Below are positions 1 through 10,233 of a stretch of DNA of 64,000 bases, in pieces. How positions within the stretch are numbered: position 1 is the stretch's first letter; every line of letters begins with the position of its first letter. The translations under genes and the position numbers were made by a program. The notes below the pieces were generated by a model. The model worked only from the letters and a program-made list of their open reading frames with translations, was not told the origin of the DNA and made no database searches. This DNA is from Acidimicrobiales bacterium (lineage in GTDB: Bacteria > Actinomycetota > Acidimicrobiia > Acidimicrobiales > SZUA-35). The DNA lies in contig OZ244139.1 of NCBI GenBank assembly GCA_965216205.1, positions 2,331,152-2,395,151 of the forward strand, written 5' to 3'.

Positions 1-30
1 CCGGCTCGTACGCGAGAGGGCGACCCGATC

Positions 31-1710
31 ATGACCGCGACCCGAAGAACCTCCGGTGGGAGCAGCCGGCCGCGCGCCGGCTCGACCACGTCCGCAACGA
101 AGCGGACGCCAGCCCGGACCGCGACGAACGCGACGACGAAGAAGGCCGCAGCCAAGAAGCGCGGGGCGAAGAAGACCACGGCCAGAACGGGCGCGGCCAA
201 GAAGACCACGGCCAGAACGGGCGCGGCCAAGAAGAGCACGGCCAGAACGGGCGCGGCCAAGAAGAGCACGGCCAGCAAGGCCACGGCCAAGAAGACCACG
301 GCCACGAGCACGGCCAAGAAGCGCACGGCCAAGAAGCGCACGGCCAAGACGAGCACGGCCAGCAAGGCCACGGCCAAGACGAGCACGGCCAAGACGAGCA
401 CGGCCAAGCGGGCCGCGGGGAGCCGGCGGTCCGACCGGGGTCGCGACGAGGTGCACGTTTCCGGCTTTCGCTCCTCGGCAGCCGACGGAACCGCTGCTCG
501 CAACCGGCGGGGGCGGGCCTCGTCTGCCGGGGCGACCCGTCGGGGTTGGAGGCGGCGAGGTACCTCGTCCGGACGACGGTCGAGCGGCCGCAACAGGCCG
601 GCACCGGTCACCGACGCCGGTGAGCGCAACGCAGCCTTCCTCACGGCAACCGTGCTCGGCCTCACGCTCTTCGGCCTGGTGATGGTGCTCTCGGCATCGT
701 CGGTGTCGAGTGTGTACGAGTTGTCCGGATCGCCGTTCTTCCAGTTCAAGCGGCAACTGATCTGGGCCGGCATCGGCGCGACAGCGTTCGTGATCGCGAA
801 CCGGATCGACTATCGGCGGCTCCAGCCACTGGCGAAGCCACTGCTCGTGCTCGCCGTGGTCCTGCTGGTCGCCCTGTTCGTACCGGGGATCGGGGTCACC
901 CGAAACGGCTCCACCCGCTGGCTCGGGATCGGGCCGTTCGTCATTCAGCCGTCCGAGCTGGCGAAGCTGACGCTGATCGTGTTCGCCGCCGACCTGCTGG
1001 CCCGGCGCGAGCGACGAATGGACCGTCCGGAGCTCACCGTGCGTCCCGTGATGCTCGTGCTCGGTCTGCTGTCGGTCCTGATCGTCGCCCAGCCGAAGCT
1101 CGGCACCCCCATCATCATGGGCGCGGTCACCCTTCTCCTCCTCTTCGTTGCCGGCTCGCAGATGAGGAGCCTGCTCGCCTGGCTCAGCGCGGCCATCGCC
1201 GCGGTCGGCGTCCTCGCCTACTTCGCCCCCTACCGGCGGGAGCGGCTGCTGTCGTTCCTCAACCCCTGGGAGGACCCGCTCGGCGACGGGCTCCAGGCCA
1301 TCCAGAGCCAGGTCGGCATCGCGTCCGGCGGCCTGTGGGGCGTGGGCCTGGGCGCCAGTCGGGCCAAGTGGGGGTTCCTGCCCTTCGCTCACACCGACTT
1401 CATCTTCGCCATCGTGGCGGAGGAGGTCGGGCTGCTCGGGGCGAGCGCCGTGATCGGGGCCTTCCTGCTCGTCGGTTGGTTCGGTCTGCAGACGGCGCTC
1501 GCCGCTCCGGACCGGTTCGGCATGCTGCTGGCGGCGGGTATCACCTCCTGGCTGATGATCCAGGCCTTCCTCAACATCGGCATGGTCCTCGGCGTCCTCC
1601 CGATCACCGGGGAACCATTGCCCTTTGTCTCCGCTGGAGGATCTAGTCTGGTCACGACGCTCGCTGCGGCAGGTCTGCTCACCAGCGTCTCGCGGCGGGC
1701 GCAGCCCTGA
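31..1710 (+). CDS. ftsW: FtsW (SEDS-family peptidoglycan glycosyltransferase/lipid II flippase) with a basic N-terminal extension of about 195 aa
   Basis: The C-terminal ~365 aa form a polytopic SEDS core ([55 protein letters not shown]). The gene lies directly upstream of murG. The ATG at 31 follows GAGAGGG. An in-frame GTG at 451 is an alternative start. Confidence 0.9.
   Translation: MTATRRTSGGSSRPRAGSTTSATKRTPARTATNATTKKAAAKKRGAKKTTARTGAAKKTTARTGAAKKSTARTGAAKKSTASKATAKKTTATSTAKKRTAKKRTAKTSTASKATAKTSTAKTSTAKRAAGSRRSDRGRDEVHVSGFRSSAADGTAARNRRGRASSAGATRRGWRRRGTSSGRRSSGRNRPAPVTDAGERNAAFLTATVLGLTLFGLVMVLSASSVSSVYELSGSPFFQFKRQLIWAGIGATAFVIANRIDYRRLQPLAKPLLVLAVVLLVALFVPGIGVTRNGSTRWLGIGPFVIQPSELAKLTLIVFAADLLARRERRMDRPELTVRPVMLVLGLLSVLIVAQPKLGTPIIMGAVTLLLLFVAGSQMRSLLAWLSAAIAAVGVLAYFAPYRRERLLSFLNPWEDPLGDGLQAIQSQVGIASGGLWGVGLGASRAKWGFLPFAHTDFIFAIVAEEVGLLGASAVIGAFLLVGWFGLQTALAAPDRFGMLLAAGITSWLMIQAFLNIGMVLGVLPITGEPLPFVSAGGSSLVTTLAAAGLLTSVSRRAQP
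171..410 (+). repeat. In-frame tandem repeat inside the ftsW 5-prime region: three near-identical 30-bp units (171-260), then degenerate acggccaag-type units
   Basis: Read directly: gaagaccacggccagaacgggcgcggccaa occurs at 171, 201 and 231. It encodes [10 protein letters not shown] repeats, followed by [10 protein letters not shown] repeats. Confidence 0.9.
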
Positions 1711-1795
1711 TGCCCGCCGTGTGCGGCCCAGCCGGCGCGTGGCGGCGGCGAGCGACGGCAGGCAGTACGAGGAACCCCCGGTAGGACATCGAGCC

Positions 1796-2962
1796 ATGGC
1801 AGAGACACCTGCGCCCATCGTGATAACCGGCGGTGGTACGGCCGGCCACACCAACCCCGGCATCGCCGTGGCCGAGGCGCTCGTCGCGGCCGGCGTCGAC
1901 CGAGGCGACATCCATTTCGTCGGCGGCGAGCGGGGCAACGAGCGCACGCTCGTGACCGAGGCCGGCTTCTCGATCGAGGTCCTGCCCGGCCGGGGGATCG
2001 AGCGGCGCCCGAGCCTCGCCAGCGTCGGCGCTGCGGTCTCCCTGCTCGGCGGTCTCGGGAGAGGTCTGCGGCTCGTGGCCCGTCAGCGCCCTCGGGTGGT
2101 GCTGTGCCTGGGAGGCTATGCGTCGTTCGCCGTCTCGCTGGCCGCGGTCGTGCTTCGGGTGCCGCTGGTGGTCACCGAGCAGAACGCCAGGAGCAGCGCC
2201 GTCAACCGGCTCATGGGAAGGTTCGCCGCGGTGTGCGCGCTCCCGTTCCCCGACACCGACCTCCCGAACGGTGTCCTGACCGGCAACCCGACCCTCGCTC
2301 GGGTGGTGGAGGCGGTGGCGACGAGCGACCGTGCGGCGGCCCGAGCCCGGCTGGGGCTCGACGTCGCTGCGGACGATGGCGGCGATCGGGTCGTGATCGC
2401 CGTGTGGTCGGGTTCGCTGGGGGCCACGAGGGTGAACGAGGCCGTGCGGGAACTGGCCACCCGCTGGGCCGATCGCGGCGACGTGTCGATCCGCCATGTG
2501 GTCGGTCGCCGCGATTGGGAGCGTTTCCGGAACCCGCCGGCCGAGGTCGCTGCGGGCGCCTTGCACTATCAGCTCGTCGAGTACGAGACGGAGATGCCGG
2601 ATCTCCTGGTCGCAGCCGATCTCGCTGTCTGCCGCGCCGGCGCCTCGACCGTGGCCGAGCTCACGATCGCCGGGTTGCCGGCCGTGCTGGTACCGCTGCC
2701 GATCGCACCGCGGGACCATCAGCGGGCCAACGCCCGCGAACTGGTCGAGGTGGGCGGCGGCGTCGTCGTCGACGATGCCGAGCTCACCGCCGATCGCCTC
2801 GACACCGAGCTCGGCCCGTTGATCGGCTCGGGCGAGCGTCGAGCCACGATGGCCGCCGCCGCGGCGTCGGTGGCGCGACCCGACGCCGCCGATCGGGTGG
2901 CGTCGCTGGTGATCGAGCACGGGCGAATCGAGACGAACGGAGGGATCGTCGATGCCATCTAG
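1796..2962 (+). CDS. murG: MurG, UDP-GlcNAc:lipid I N-acetylglucosaminyltransferase
   Basis: N-terminus ITGGGTAGHTNPGIAVAEAL; C-terminal CRAGASTVAEL...P....DHQ..NA motif. The ATG at 1796 was chosen because the ORF upstream of it overlaps ftsW. Confidence 0.92.
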   Translation: MAETPAPIVITGGGTAGHTNPGIAVAEALVAAGVDRGDIHFVGGERGNERTLVTEAGFSIEVLPGRGIERRPSLASVGAAVSLLGGLGRGLRLVARQRPRVVLCLGGYASFAVSLAAVVLRVPLVVTEQNARSSAVNRLMGRFAAVCALPFPDTDLPNGVLTGNPTLARVVEAVATSDRAAARARLGLDVAADDGGDRVVIAVWSGSLGATRVNEAVRELATRWADRGDVSIRHVVGRRDWERFRNPPAEVAAGALHYQLVEYETEMPDLLVAADLAVCRAGASTVAELTIAGLPAVLVPLPIAPRDHQRANARELVEVGGGVVVDDAELTADRLDTELGPLIGSGERRATMAAAAASVARPDAADRVASLVIEHGRIETNGGIVDAI

Positions 2963-4367
2963 CCCCGCCCCGGAATCGGCCGAGCCGAGCCTCGTCGACC
3001 TGAGCCGACCACGATCGGTCCACGTCCTCGGCATCGGCGGCGCCGGCATGAGCGCCATCGCCGAGATCCTGCTCGGAACCGGCCACACCGTGACCGGGTC
3101 CGACCTGGGTCGCTCGGCCGCTGGAGACCGGCTCGCCGAGCAGGGGGTCAGCGTCGAGATCGGCCACCGCGCCGACAACGTGGGTGACGTCGACGTCGTG
3201 ACCCACTCCACCGCCGTCCCGGCCGACAATCCGGAGCTCGTCGAAGCCAGGCGCCGGGGGATACCGGTGCTCAGGCGGGCGGAGATCCTCACCGCCATCA
3301 CCCGCGCCTGGAAGACGATCGCGGTGGCGGGCACGCACGGCAAGACCACCACGTCGGCCATGCTCACCGCTGCGCTCCGGGGATCGGGCCTCGACCCGGC
3401 GTTCATCGTGGGCGGCGACCTCCGCGACCTCGGCACTGGGGCCGCCGTCGGGAGCGGCTCCGTGCTGGTCGTCGAGGCCGACGAGAGCGACGGCACGTTC
3501 ATCGAGCTCGACGCCCACGGTGTGATCGTCACCAACGTCGAGCCCGATCATCTGGAGCACTATGGCGGCTTCGACCGTCTCGAAGCGGCCTTCGTGCAGT
3601 TCATGACCCAGGCCACCGGCCCGCGGGTGATCTGTGCCGACGACCCCGGCTCCGCCCGGCTCGGCGAGCTCGCGCCCTGCACCACCTACGGCGTCGATGC
3701 CGCCGCCGACTGGCGGATCGTCGACCCGGCCCCCACGCCGAGCGGCATCACGATCGGGGTCCACGGCCCCCGGGACATCCGGCTGGCGCTGCGGCTGCGG
3801 CAACCGGGCATGCACAACGCCCGCAACGCAACGGCTGCATTGGCGATGGCCGTCGAGCTCGGCGCCGACCCGGACGCGGTCGCCGACGCACTGAGCGCGT
3901 TCGGCGGCGTCGGCCGACGCTTCGAGCGGCGGGGGAGCGCCGCGTCGATCGACCTGGTCGACGACTACGCCCACCTCCCCACCGAGGTCGAAGCCGCCCT
4001 CGACGCGGCCAGGAGCCTGTCGCCCCGGCGGTTGGTGGCGGTCTTCCAGCCCCACCGCTACAGCCGGACCGAGCAGCTCTGGTCGACCTTCGCCGGTTCC
4101 TTCCGGGAGGCGGACGTGCTGTACGTCACCGGGATCTACTCGTCAGGCGAGGCGCCCCGCGATGGGGTGACCGGACAACTCATCGTCGACGCGGTGACCG
4201 CCGAGGACCCCGCTGCCGATGTGCGCTACGTCGAGGCCCTCGACGACGTCGTCGACGCACTCGGCGCCGAGCTCGTGGCGGGCGACCTGTGCCTCACCCT
4301 CGGCGCAGGCGACCTGACCACCATCCCCGCCCGGGTCCTCCAGCGCCTGGAGCAGCGGTCGCCATGA
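2952..4367 (+). CDS. murC: MurC, UDP-N-acetylmuramate--L-alanine ligase
   Basis: VHVLGIGGAGMSAIAEILL..GH.V.GSD, AVAGTHGKTTT P-loop and a Mur ligase C-terminal domain. Overlaps the murG stop by 11 nt. Confidence 0.92.
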   Translation: MPSSPAPESAEPSLVDLSRPRSVHVLGIGGAGMSAIAEILLGTGHTVTGSDLGRSAAGDRLAEQGVSVEIGHRADNVGDVDVVTHSTAVPADNPELVEARRRGIPVLRRAEILTAITRAWKTIAVAGTHGKTTTSAMLTAALRGSGLDPAFIVGGDLRDLGTGAAVGSGSVLVVEADESDGTFIELDAHGVIVTNVEPDHLEHYGGFDRLEAAFVQFMTQATGPRVICADDPGSARLGELAPCTTYGVDAAADWRIVDPAPTPSGITIGVHGPRDIRLALRLRQPGMHNARNATAALAMAVELGADPDAVADALSAFGGVGRRFERRGSAASIDLVDDYAHLPTEVEAALDAARSLSPRRLVAVFQPHRYSRTEQLWSTFAGSFREADVLYVTGIYSSGEAPRDGVTGQLIVDAVTAEDPAADVRYVEALDDVVDALGAELVAGDLCLTLGAGDLTTIPARVLQRLEQRSP

Positions 4368-4419
4368 CAGTGCGGCAGGGCCCCGTGCTCCGGGCCGCCA
4401 CCAAGGTTGGCACGGAACG

Positions 4420-5358
4420 ATGAGCGAGCGAGCGGAGCAGCTCGGGGCGATCACCGCCAGGCTCGGTGCCTTGGCGACGCCGGCTGTCTCGCTCGCACCC
4501 CGGTGCACCTACAAGGTGGGCGGCGCTGCCGCGGTCTTCGTCGAGGCCGAGTCGGTGGCCGATCTCGAGGCGGTCGCGGTCGCCCTCGACGGCACCGACG
4601 TACCGACGCTGGTCATCGGAAACGGCTCCAATCTGCTCGTGGCCGACGCCGGCTTCGATGGCGTCGTCGTCCACCTCGGCGAGGCGTTCGCCGACATCGA
4701 GATCGACCGCGACAGCGGAACGGCTCGGCTCGGCGCGGCCGCCCTGTTGCCGGTGGCCGCTCGTCGGACCGCGGGAGCGGGTCTCGCGGGGTTCGAATGG
4801 GCGGTCGGGGTGCCGGGCTCGGTCGGTGGTGCGGTCAGGATGAACGCCGGCGGACACGGGTCGGACATGGCCGCGAGCCTCACGAGGGTCAGCGTCTTCG
4901 ACCTGCGGGACGGCGGCCCGACGGAGTGGCCGGCGGGCGAGCTCGAGCTCTCGTACCGCCGGAGCGCAATCGGATCGCAGCATCTCGTGCTGTTCGCCGA
5001 GATCGGCCTCGACGCCGGTGATCGGACGGCGTCGGAGGAGGAGATCCGGGAGATCGTCAGGTGGCGTCGGGCCAACCAACCCGGCGGGCAGAACGCTGGC
5101 AGCGTCTTCACCAACCCCCCGGGCGACTCCGCCGGGCGGCTGATCGACACCGCCGGCCTGAAGGGGTTCCGGATCGGCACCGCCGAGGTGTCCACCAAGC
5201 ACGCCAACTTCATCCAGGCCGACCCCGGCGGCGCCGCCGACGACGTCCACCGGGTGATCCTCGGCGTGCGGGACCGGGTCTGCGAGGTCCATGGCGTCGA
5301 GCTCCACTGCGAGAATCTGCTGATCGGGTTCGAGCGCGACGAGGGATCCACATCGTGA
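4420..5358 (+). CDS. murB: MurB, UDP-N-acetylenolpyruvoylglucosamine reductase
   Basis: FAD-binding domain (GNGSNLLV); C-terminal GSVFTNP...AG.LI...GLKG...G.A.VS.KHANF. Confidence 0.9.
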   Translation: MSERAEQLGAITARLGALATPAVSLAPRCTYKVGGAAAVFVEAESVADLEAVAVALDGTDVPTLVIGNGSNLLVADAGFDGVVVHLGEAFADIEIDRDSGTARLGAAALLPVAARRTAGAGLAGFEWAVGVPGSVGGAVRMNAGGHGSDMAASLTRVSVFDLRDGGPTEWPAGELELSYRRSAIGSQHLVLFAEIGLDAGDRTASEEEIREIVRWRRANQPGGQNAGSVFTNPPGDSAGRLIDTAGLKGFRIGTAEVSTKHANFIQADPGGAADDVHRVILGVRDRVCEVHGVELHCENLLIGFERDEGSTS

Positions 5359-6218
5359 CCGCGACCCGATCCCGGACCTCGAATCGGGTCGACCCGAGGC
5401 TCGCCGCACGCCGGGCCAGCGTGGCCAGGAAGGCCGGAGCCAGACGTCTCCGCCTGATCGGTGCCGTGAGCGCAGCGGCGACGATCGCCATCATCGTGAT
5501 CGCCGCCGCCAACAGCTCCTGGTTCGACGTCGACGCGATCGACGTCGTCGGGGCCGAACGGGCCGACCCGCGCCACGTGGTCAACGCATCGGGGATCGAG
5601 CTCGGCGAACCCCTGATCGACATCGATCTCGAGGCATCGAGAGCTGCGGTCGAGCGGGTTCCGTGGGTGGCCGGCGCCCTGGTCGACCGGGAACTCGACG
5701 GTACGATCACGATCACCGTCACCGAGCGTGTCGGCGTCGTCGCGTTGCCCGCCGGGCCGCGGTTCGTCGTCATCGACCGCACCGGCCGGCAGTTGGAGCT
5801 GGCCGAGGCCCAACCGGAGGAGTTCCTCCCCGTGGCCGGTGTCGAGACATCCGGCGTGCCCGGGCAACCGGTCGACGACGCCGGTCATGCCGTCGTTGCG
5901 CTCGTCGAGGCGCTCACCCCGGCGGTGCGAGAGGCCTCGACGGGCATCGCCCACGAGGGCGGGCAACTCCATCTGGAGCTCGCGATGGGCGGCCGGGCCG
6001 ATCTCGGCGACGACCGCGACCTGGACGAGAAGCTGCTCGCGCTGGAAACCGTGCTGGCGAGGGTCGACCTCGCCTGCCTCGCCGTGATCGATGTACGAGC
6101 ACCGGGTGCGCCGACCGTGCGCCGGCTGGAGCCGGCGCCGACGGGGTCCGGATCCGACCCCGCAGAGGGCCGACGACCCGCTGCGGAAGAACCATTTGCC
6201 GAACCGGGCGGCTGCTAG
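5355..6218 (+). CDS. ftsQ: FtsQ/DivIB cell-division protein (TM plus POTRA domain)
   Basis: The GTG at 5355 overlaps the murB TGA (GTGA). Single TM (LIGAVSAAATIAIIVIAAA) followed by a POTRA-like segment, VDAIDVVGAE...V.....GIELGEPL. Lies between murB and ftsZ. Confidence 0.8.
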   Translation: MTATRSRTSNRVDPRLAARRASVARKAGARRLRLIGAVSAAATIAIIVIAAANSSWFDVDAIDVVGAERADPRHVVNASGIELGEPLIDIDLEASRAAVERVPWVAGALVDRELDGTITITVTERVGVVALPAGPRFVVIDRTGRQLELAEAQPEEFLPVAGVETSGVPGQPVDDAGHAVVALVEALTPAVREASTGIAHEGGQLHLELAMGGRADLGDDRDLDEKLLALETVLARVDLACLAVIDVRAPGAPTVRRLEPAPTGSGSDPAEGRRPAAEEPFAEPGGC

Positions 6219-6251
6219 TGTTGGCCCGATCGTGAAGGGACGCTACGCGTT

Positions 6252-7415
6252 ATGAGCACGCAGAATTATGTCGCCTCTGTGAAGGTCGTCGGAGTCGGCG
6301 GCGGCGGATGCAACGCCGTCAACCGCATGATCGACGCCGGCCTCAGAGGGGTGGAGTTCGTCGCCGTCAACACCGACGCCCAGGCGTTGTTGATGAGCGA
6401 CGCGGAGACGAAGATCCACATCGGCCGCGAGCTGACGAGGGGCCTCGGTGCGGGCAGTGACCCTGCGATCGGTCAGCAGGCGGCCGAGGCCCACCGCGAC
6501 GAGATCAGCGAGGCGCTCGACGGCGCCGACATGGTCTTCATCACCGCCGGCGAGGGCGGCGGCACCGGTACCGGGGCGGCTCCGGTCATCGCCGAGGTGG
6601 CGAAGAGCCAGGGCGCGCTGACGATCGCGGTCATCACCCGTCCGTTCGGGTTCGAGGGAAAGCGTCGGGCGGCCCAGGCCGACGCGGGGATCAACCGACT
6701 CAAGGAGAAGGTCGACACCCAGATCGTCATCCCCAACGACCGCCTTCTCTCCATCGCCGACGAGAAGACGTCGATGGTGAACGCCTTTCGCATGGCCGAC
6801 GAGATCCTGCTCCAGGGCGTCTCCGGTATCGCCGACCTGATCACCACGCCGGGCCTGATCAACACCGACTTCGCCGACGTCCGCATGATCATGCACGACG
6901 CCGGCAGCGCGCTGATGGGGATCGGGCGGGCAGCCGGAGAGGGTCGAGCACTGGCCGCGGCCCGCGCCGCCATCGCGAGCCCGCTGCTGGAGGCGTCGAT
7001 CGACGGCGCCAGGGGCATCCTGCTCACGATCGCCGGCTCGAGCGACCTCGGTCTGTTCGAGGTGAACGAGGCGGCTGAGATCATCCACGACGTGGCCCAC
7101 GCCGAGGCGAACATCATCTTCGGCACGGTCGTCGACGAGAACCTCAGCGAGGAGATCAGGGTCACGGTCATCGCTGCCGGCTTCGACCGATTCGAGGACA
7201 TGGGACGCAACCACAGCCTCGACGACATCGTCGGCGTTCAGGAAGCGCCACCCGAACTGGCGACGAGGTCCCGCCGGGTTCGCCGATCGACCCCGGCGAT
7301 GCCGCCCCCACCCCCAGCGCCGAGCGACGACCACGTCGAGGAGACGATCGATCTCTTCGACGAGCCGGAGGAAGATCTCGACGACGAGTTCGACGTCCCG
7401 TCGTTCCTCAAGTAG
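6252..7415 (+). CDS. ftsZ: FtsZ tubulin-like GTPase
   Basis: [34 protein letters not shown] signature, and C-terminal DVPSFLK peptide. Confidence 0.98.
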   Translation: MSTQNYVASVKVVGVGGGGCNAVNRMIDAGLRGVEFVAVNTDAQALLMSDAETKIHIGRELTRGLGAGSDPAIGQQAAEAHRDEISEALDGADMVFITAGEGGGTGTGAAPVIAEVAKSQGALTIAVITRPFGFEGKRRAAQADAGINRLKEKVDTQIVIPNDRLLSIADEKTSMVNAFRMADEILLQGVSGIADLITTPGLINTDFADVRMIMHDAGSALMGIGRAAGEGRALAAARAAIASPLLEASIDGARGILLTIAGSSDLGLFEVNEAAEIIHDVAHAEANIIFGTVVDENLSEEIRVTVIAAGFDRFEDMGRNHSLDDIVGVQEAPPELATRSRRVRRSTPAMPPPPPAPSDDHVEETIDLFDEPEEDLDDEFDVPSFLK

Positions 7416-7444
7416 CGCCGGTAGGCGGGCTCGCTCCGACCGCG

Positions 7445-8152
7445 ATGGGCCACACGGCGACCGCGACCACATCGGCCGGCACGGTCCGGGTGGTGTTCAC
7501 CGATCGGACCGACGGTGACTTCTCGATCCATGGTGACCCCCGAGCGCTCACCGCGAGCCGTCGGTCGGTGATCGACCGGCCGTGGACGTGGCTCCGGCAG
7601 GTGCACGGCAGCGATGTCGTCGAGGTCAGCCGGGCTGGCCAGTGGGCCGGCGCCGAGGCCGACGGGGCCGTGACCACCACGCCCGGCGTCCCGCTGGCGG
7701 TCATGACCGCCGATTGCGCCCCCGTCGTCCTCATCGCTGAGCGGGGTCTCGCGGTCGTGCACGCCGGTTGGCGGGGGCTCGTCGCCGGCATCGTGGAGAC
7801 GGCGGCCCTGCGGTTGGCCGACGCGGGAGGGGGCGCACCGCTCCGATCGCTGATCGGCCCCTGTATCAACCCGGGGGCCTACGAGTTCTCGGAGCGCGAC
7901 CTCGCTCGAGCCGTAGAACGGCTCGGCTCGTCGGTGCGTTCGGAGACCGCCCGGGGCACCCCAGCGCTCGATGTCCCCGCCGCCGTGGTCGCAGCCTGCG
8001 GGCGGGCCGGTTGGCCCGCCCCGCCCGAGGTACCGCCGTGCACGAGCGACGAGCGATGGTTCAGCCACCGGACCAGGGGCGAGCCGGGCCGGCAGGCCAC
8101 GGTCGCGTGGCTCGAGCCGCCGGGCGGGTCATCGCCTGGGGAGACGTCGTGA
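7445..8152 (+). CDS. pgeF: PgeF/YfiH (DUF152) peptidoglycan editing factor / polyphenol-oxidase-like
   Basis: Q.HG..V........ADG..T...G..L.V.TADC.PV......V...HAGWRG pattern. Conserved position after ftsZ. Confidence 0.85.
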   Translation: MGHTATATTSAGTVRVVFTDRTDGDFSIHGDPRALTASRRSVIDRPWTWLRQVHGSDVVEVSRAGQWAGAEADGAVTTTPGVPLAVMTADCAPVVLIAERGLAVVHAGWRGLVAGIVETAALRLADAGGGAPLRSLIGPCINPGAYEFSERDLARAVERLGSSVRSETARGTPALDVPAAVVAACGRAGWPAPPEVPPCTSDERWFSHRTRGEPGRQATVAWLEPPGGSSPGETS

Positions 8153-8832
8153 ACGAGGCCGGGCTGCCGACCGTCGAGACGATCCGGGAGCGGGCGCTCG
8201 AGGTCGGGCAGCGCATCGAGGCGGTCGCCGACGGCAGGAACGTCACGATGGTGGCTGTCACCAAGGCGCACCCGGTCGAGTTGGCGGTACGGGCGGTCTC
8301 CGCCGGCCTCGTCGATCTCGGTGAGAACTATGCCCAGGAGCTCGCGGCGAAGGCTCCGGTCCTCGCGGGCGGCGGCGAGCACCGCTGGCACTTCATCGGT
8401 GGTCTCCAGCGCAACAAGGTGAAGCTCCTCGCGGGATCGGTGGCGCTGTGGCAGACGGTCGACCGGGAGGCGCTGGCCGTCGAGATCGCCAAGCGGGCTC
8501 CCGGTGCCGCAGTTCTCGTCCAGGTGAACACGACCGGCGAGCAGCAGAAGAGCGGCTGCGAGCCCCGACACGCCCCGCACCTCGTCGGCGCCGCACGAGC
8601 AGTCGGGCTCGACGTACGCGGACTGATGACCGTGGGCCCGACCGACCCGAGCCTCGATCCGCGCCCGTGCTTCGCGGCGCTCCGGACGCTGGCCGAACGG
8701 CTCGAGCTTCCCGAGTTGTCCATGGGGATGTCGGCCGACTTCGAGCTCGCGGTGGCCGAGGGGGCAACGATCGTCCGCGTCGGTTCCGTGCTGTTCGGTG
8801 CCCGCCCTGGCCCGACCATGCCGAGGAGCTGA
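8149..8832 (+). CDS. yggS: YggS-family pyridoxal-phosphate homeostasis protein
   Basis: VAVTKAHP, GENYAQEL, HFIGGLQRNKVK, LSMGMSADFE.A...GAT.VRVGS..FG. The GTG at 8149 overlaps the pgeF TGA. Confidence 0.9.
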   Translation: MNEAGLPTVETIRERALEVGQRIEAVADGRNVTMVAVTKAHPVELAVRAVSAGLVDLGENYAQELAAKAPVLAGGGEHRWHFIGGLQRNKVKLLAGSVALWQTVDREALAVEIAKRAPGAAVLVQVNTTGEQQKSGCEPRHAPHLVGAARAVGLDVRGLMTVGPTDPSLDPRPCFAALRTLAERLELPELSMGMSADFELAVAEGATIVRVGSVLFGARPGPTMPRS

Positions 8833-8898
8833 GGGCTGGTTCACTAGACTCGGTTCGAGCACCTCGGCGCACCTTCCTGGAGCGCAAGGAGAGACCAG

Positions 8899-9885
8899 AT
8901 GTCAGTGCTTCGGAACGTTCTCACCTATATGGGCCTCGGACCTGACGAGGACTACGAAGACGGCTATCTCAATGACGACGAGCCCGAGATCGACCTCACC
9001 GACGGCTCGGGGCCGCAGTCGTCCAGGGCCCGGCCTGAGCGAACGTCGGCCCGATCTGCGGTCACCCGACCGGCGCCCCGGCGTCGCCAGGGCCGACACG
9101 ACCGAGTCGACGGTGACCCCGCCGCCACCGGTGAGGATGACGGGCGGAGCGGGCATCGGTCCGGGTCGGACCGGGATCCCCACGCCCAACGGGAGCGTCC
9201 GGGCTGGTTGGCGGCCCCGACCCCCCGTGCCGCCCGCCCGGAGAGCGATGAGCGGCGGCGCGACCGCGCGTCCGCTGATTCGGCGGCGGCCGCCGAACCC
9301 GGCGAGGCGGCCGGCGCGACCCGGGACCGCAATCGTCCCGGCGTCGACAGGGAGCCCCCGGCGCCGAGCCGGGAAGACCGTGCCGGCGATCGTGGCGGCG
9401 CTACCGCCCGCCGGGGCGCCCACGACGCCGATCGACCGAGGCACGGCACTCGTGATCCCGTCCACGAGGAACGCGATCGACCGCTCCGAGCGGTGCCGGT
9501 CGACCAGCGGGACGATCCTGCGATGGGTGACGGCCTCACCGTGCAGCCGATCGCCGTGACGACCCCCGACCCGGTCCCGGAGCCCGAGCTCGAGCCGACG
9601 CCGAGGTTGGTACCGCCGAGGACGTTGGCCCCCCGCTCGTTCGCCGATGCCAAGGAGCTCGCCGACACGTACAAGTCGACCGTGCCCCTGGTCATGGACC
9701 TGCAGGGAGTCGACCGGGACCTCGCCCGCCGACTCATCGACTTCGCCAGCGGGATCTGCTACGCCCTGGACGGCAGCATGGAGAAGCTCGCACCGCAGGT
9801 CTTCCTCCTCACGCCGATCGGGGTCGACGTCTCCGAGGACGACCGCCGCCGACTCGCAGCGCGGCGCCCCACCGAGCGAAGCTGA
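8899..9885 (+). CDS. sepF: SepF cell-division protein with an unusually long disordered linker
   Basis: N-terminal amphipathic MSVLRNVLTYMGLG. C-terminal SepF core: PRSFADAKELADTYKSTVPLVMDLQGVDRDLARRLIDFASGICYALDGSMEKLAPQVFLLTP. AAGGAG Shine-Dalgarno upstream. Confidence 0.9.
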   Translation: MSVLRNVLTYMGLGPDEDYEDGYLNDDEPEIDLTDGSGPQSSRARPERTSARSAVTRPAPRRRQGRHDRVDGDPAATGEDDGRSGHRSGSDRDPHAQRERPGWLAAPTPRAARPESDERRRDRASADSAAAAEPGEAAGATRDRNRPGVDREPPAPSREDRAGDRGGATARRGAHDADRPRHGTRDPVHEERDRPLRAVPVDQRDDPAMGDGLTVQPIAVTTPDPVPEPELEPTPRLVPPRTLAPRSFADAKELADTYKSTVPLVMDLQGVDRDLARRLIDFASGICYALDGSMEKLAPQVFLLTPIGVDVSEDDRRRLAARRPTERS

Positions 9886-9906
9886 CAACGGTACGATCGG
9901 TCGGCG

Positions 9907-10158
9907 ATGCGCCTCGTTTGTATCCTTCTGCTGGCCTTCCAGTTGGTCTTCCTGCTCCGCATGGTGATGTCGTTCTTCCCCATCAGCACCGGCTCACCGA
10001 CCGGCCGATTCCGCGATCTGGTCGTGGTACTCACCGATCCGGTCGTACTTCCGCTCCGCCGGAGCCTTCCCCCGTTGCCGGGCGCGATGGCGGGCTTCGG
10101 CCTCGCAGAGATCCTGGTCCTGATCGGGATCTCGATCCTGGTGCGGTTCATCTGCTAG
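9907..10158 (+). CDS. YggT-family small membrane protein
   Basis: 83 aa with two hydrophobic segments, in the canonical position between sepF and divIVA. Confidence 0.75.
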   Translation: MRLVCILLLAFQLVFLLRMVMSFFPISTGSPTGRFRDLVVVLTDPVVLPLRRSLPPLPGAMAGFGLAEILVLIGISILVRFIC

Positions 10159-10233
10159 TACCAGCTTCGCGCTGCTTGGCGTTGGCGATATCACCTGGTG
10201 CGAGCTGCGTGTCTTGGGGGCTAGATTGATCCG

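Noticed and set aside
29-604. Minus-strand ORF with WPCSSWP repeats, and the +2 frame ORF (56-682) with RPRRAR repeats, overlapping the ftsW 5-prime end
   Set aside because: Both are frame shadows of the 30-bp tandem repeat. Only the +1 frame continues into a recognisable protein (FtsW).
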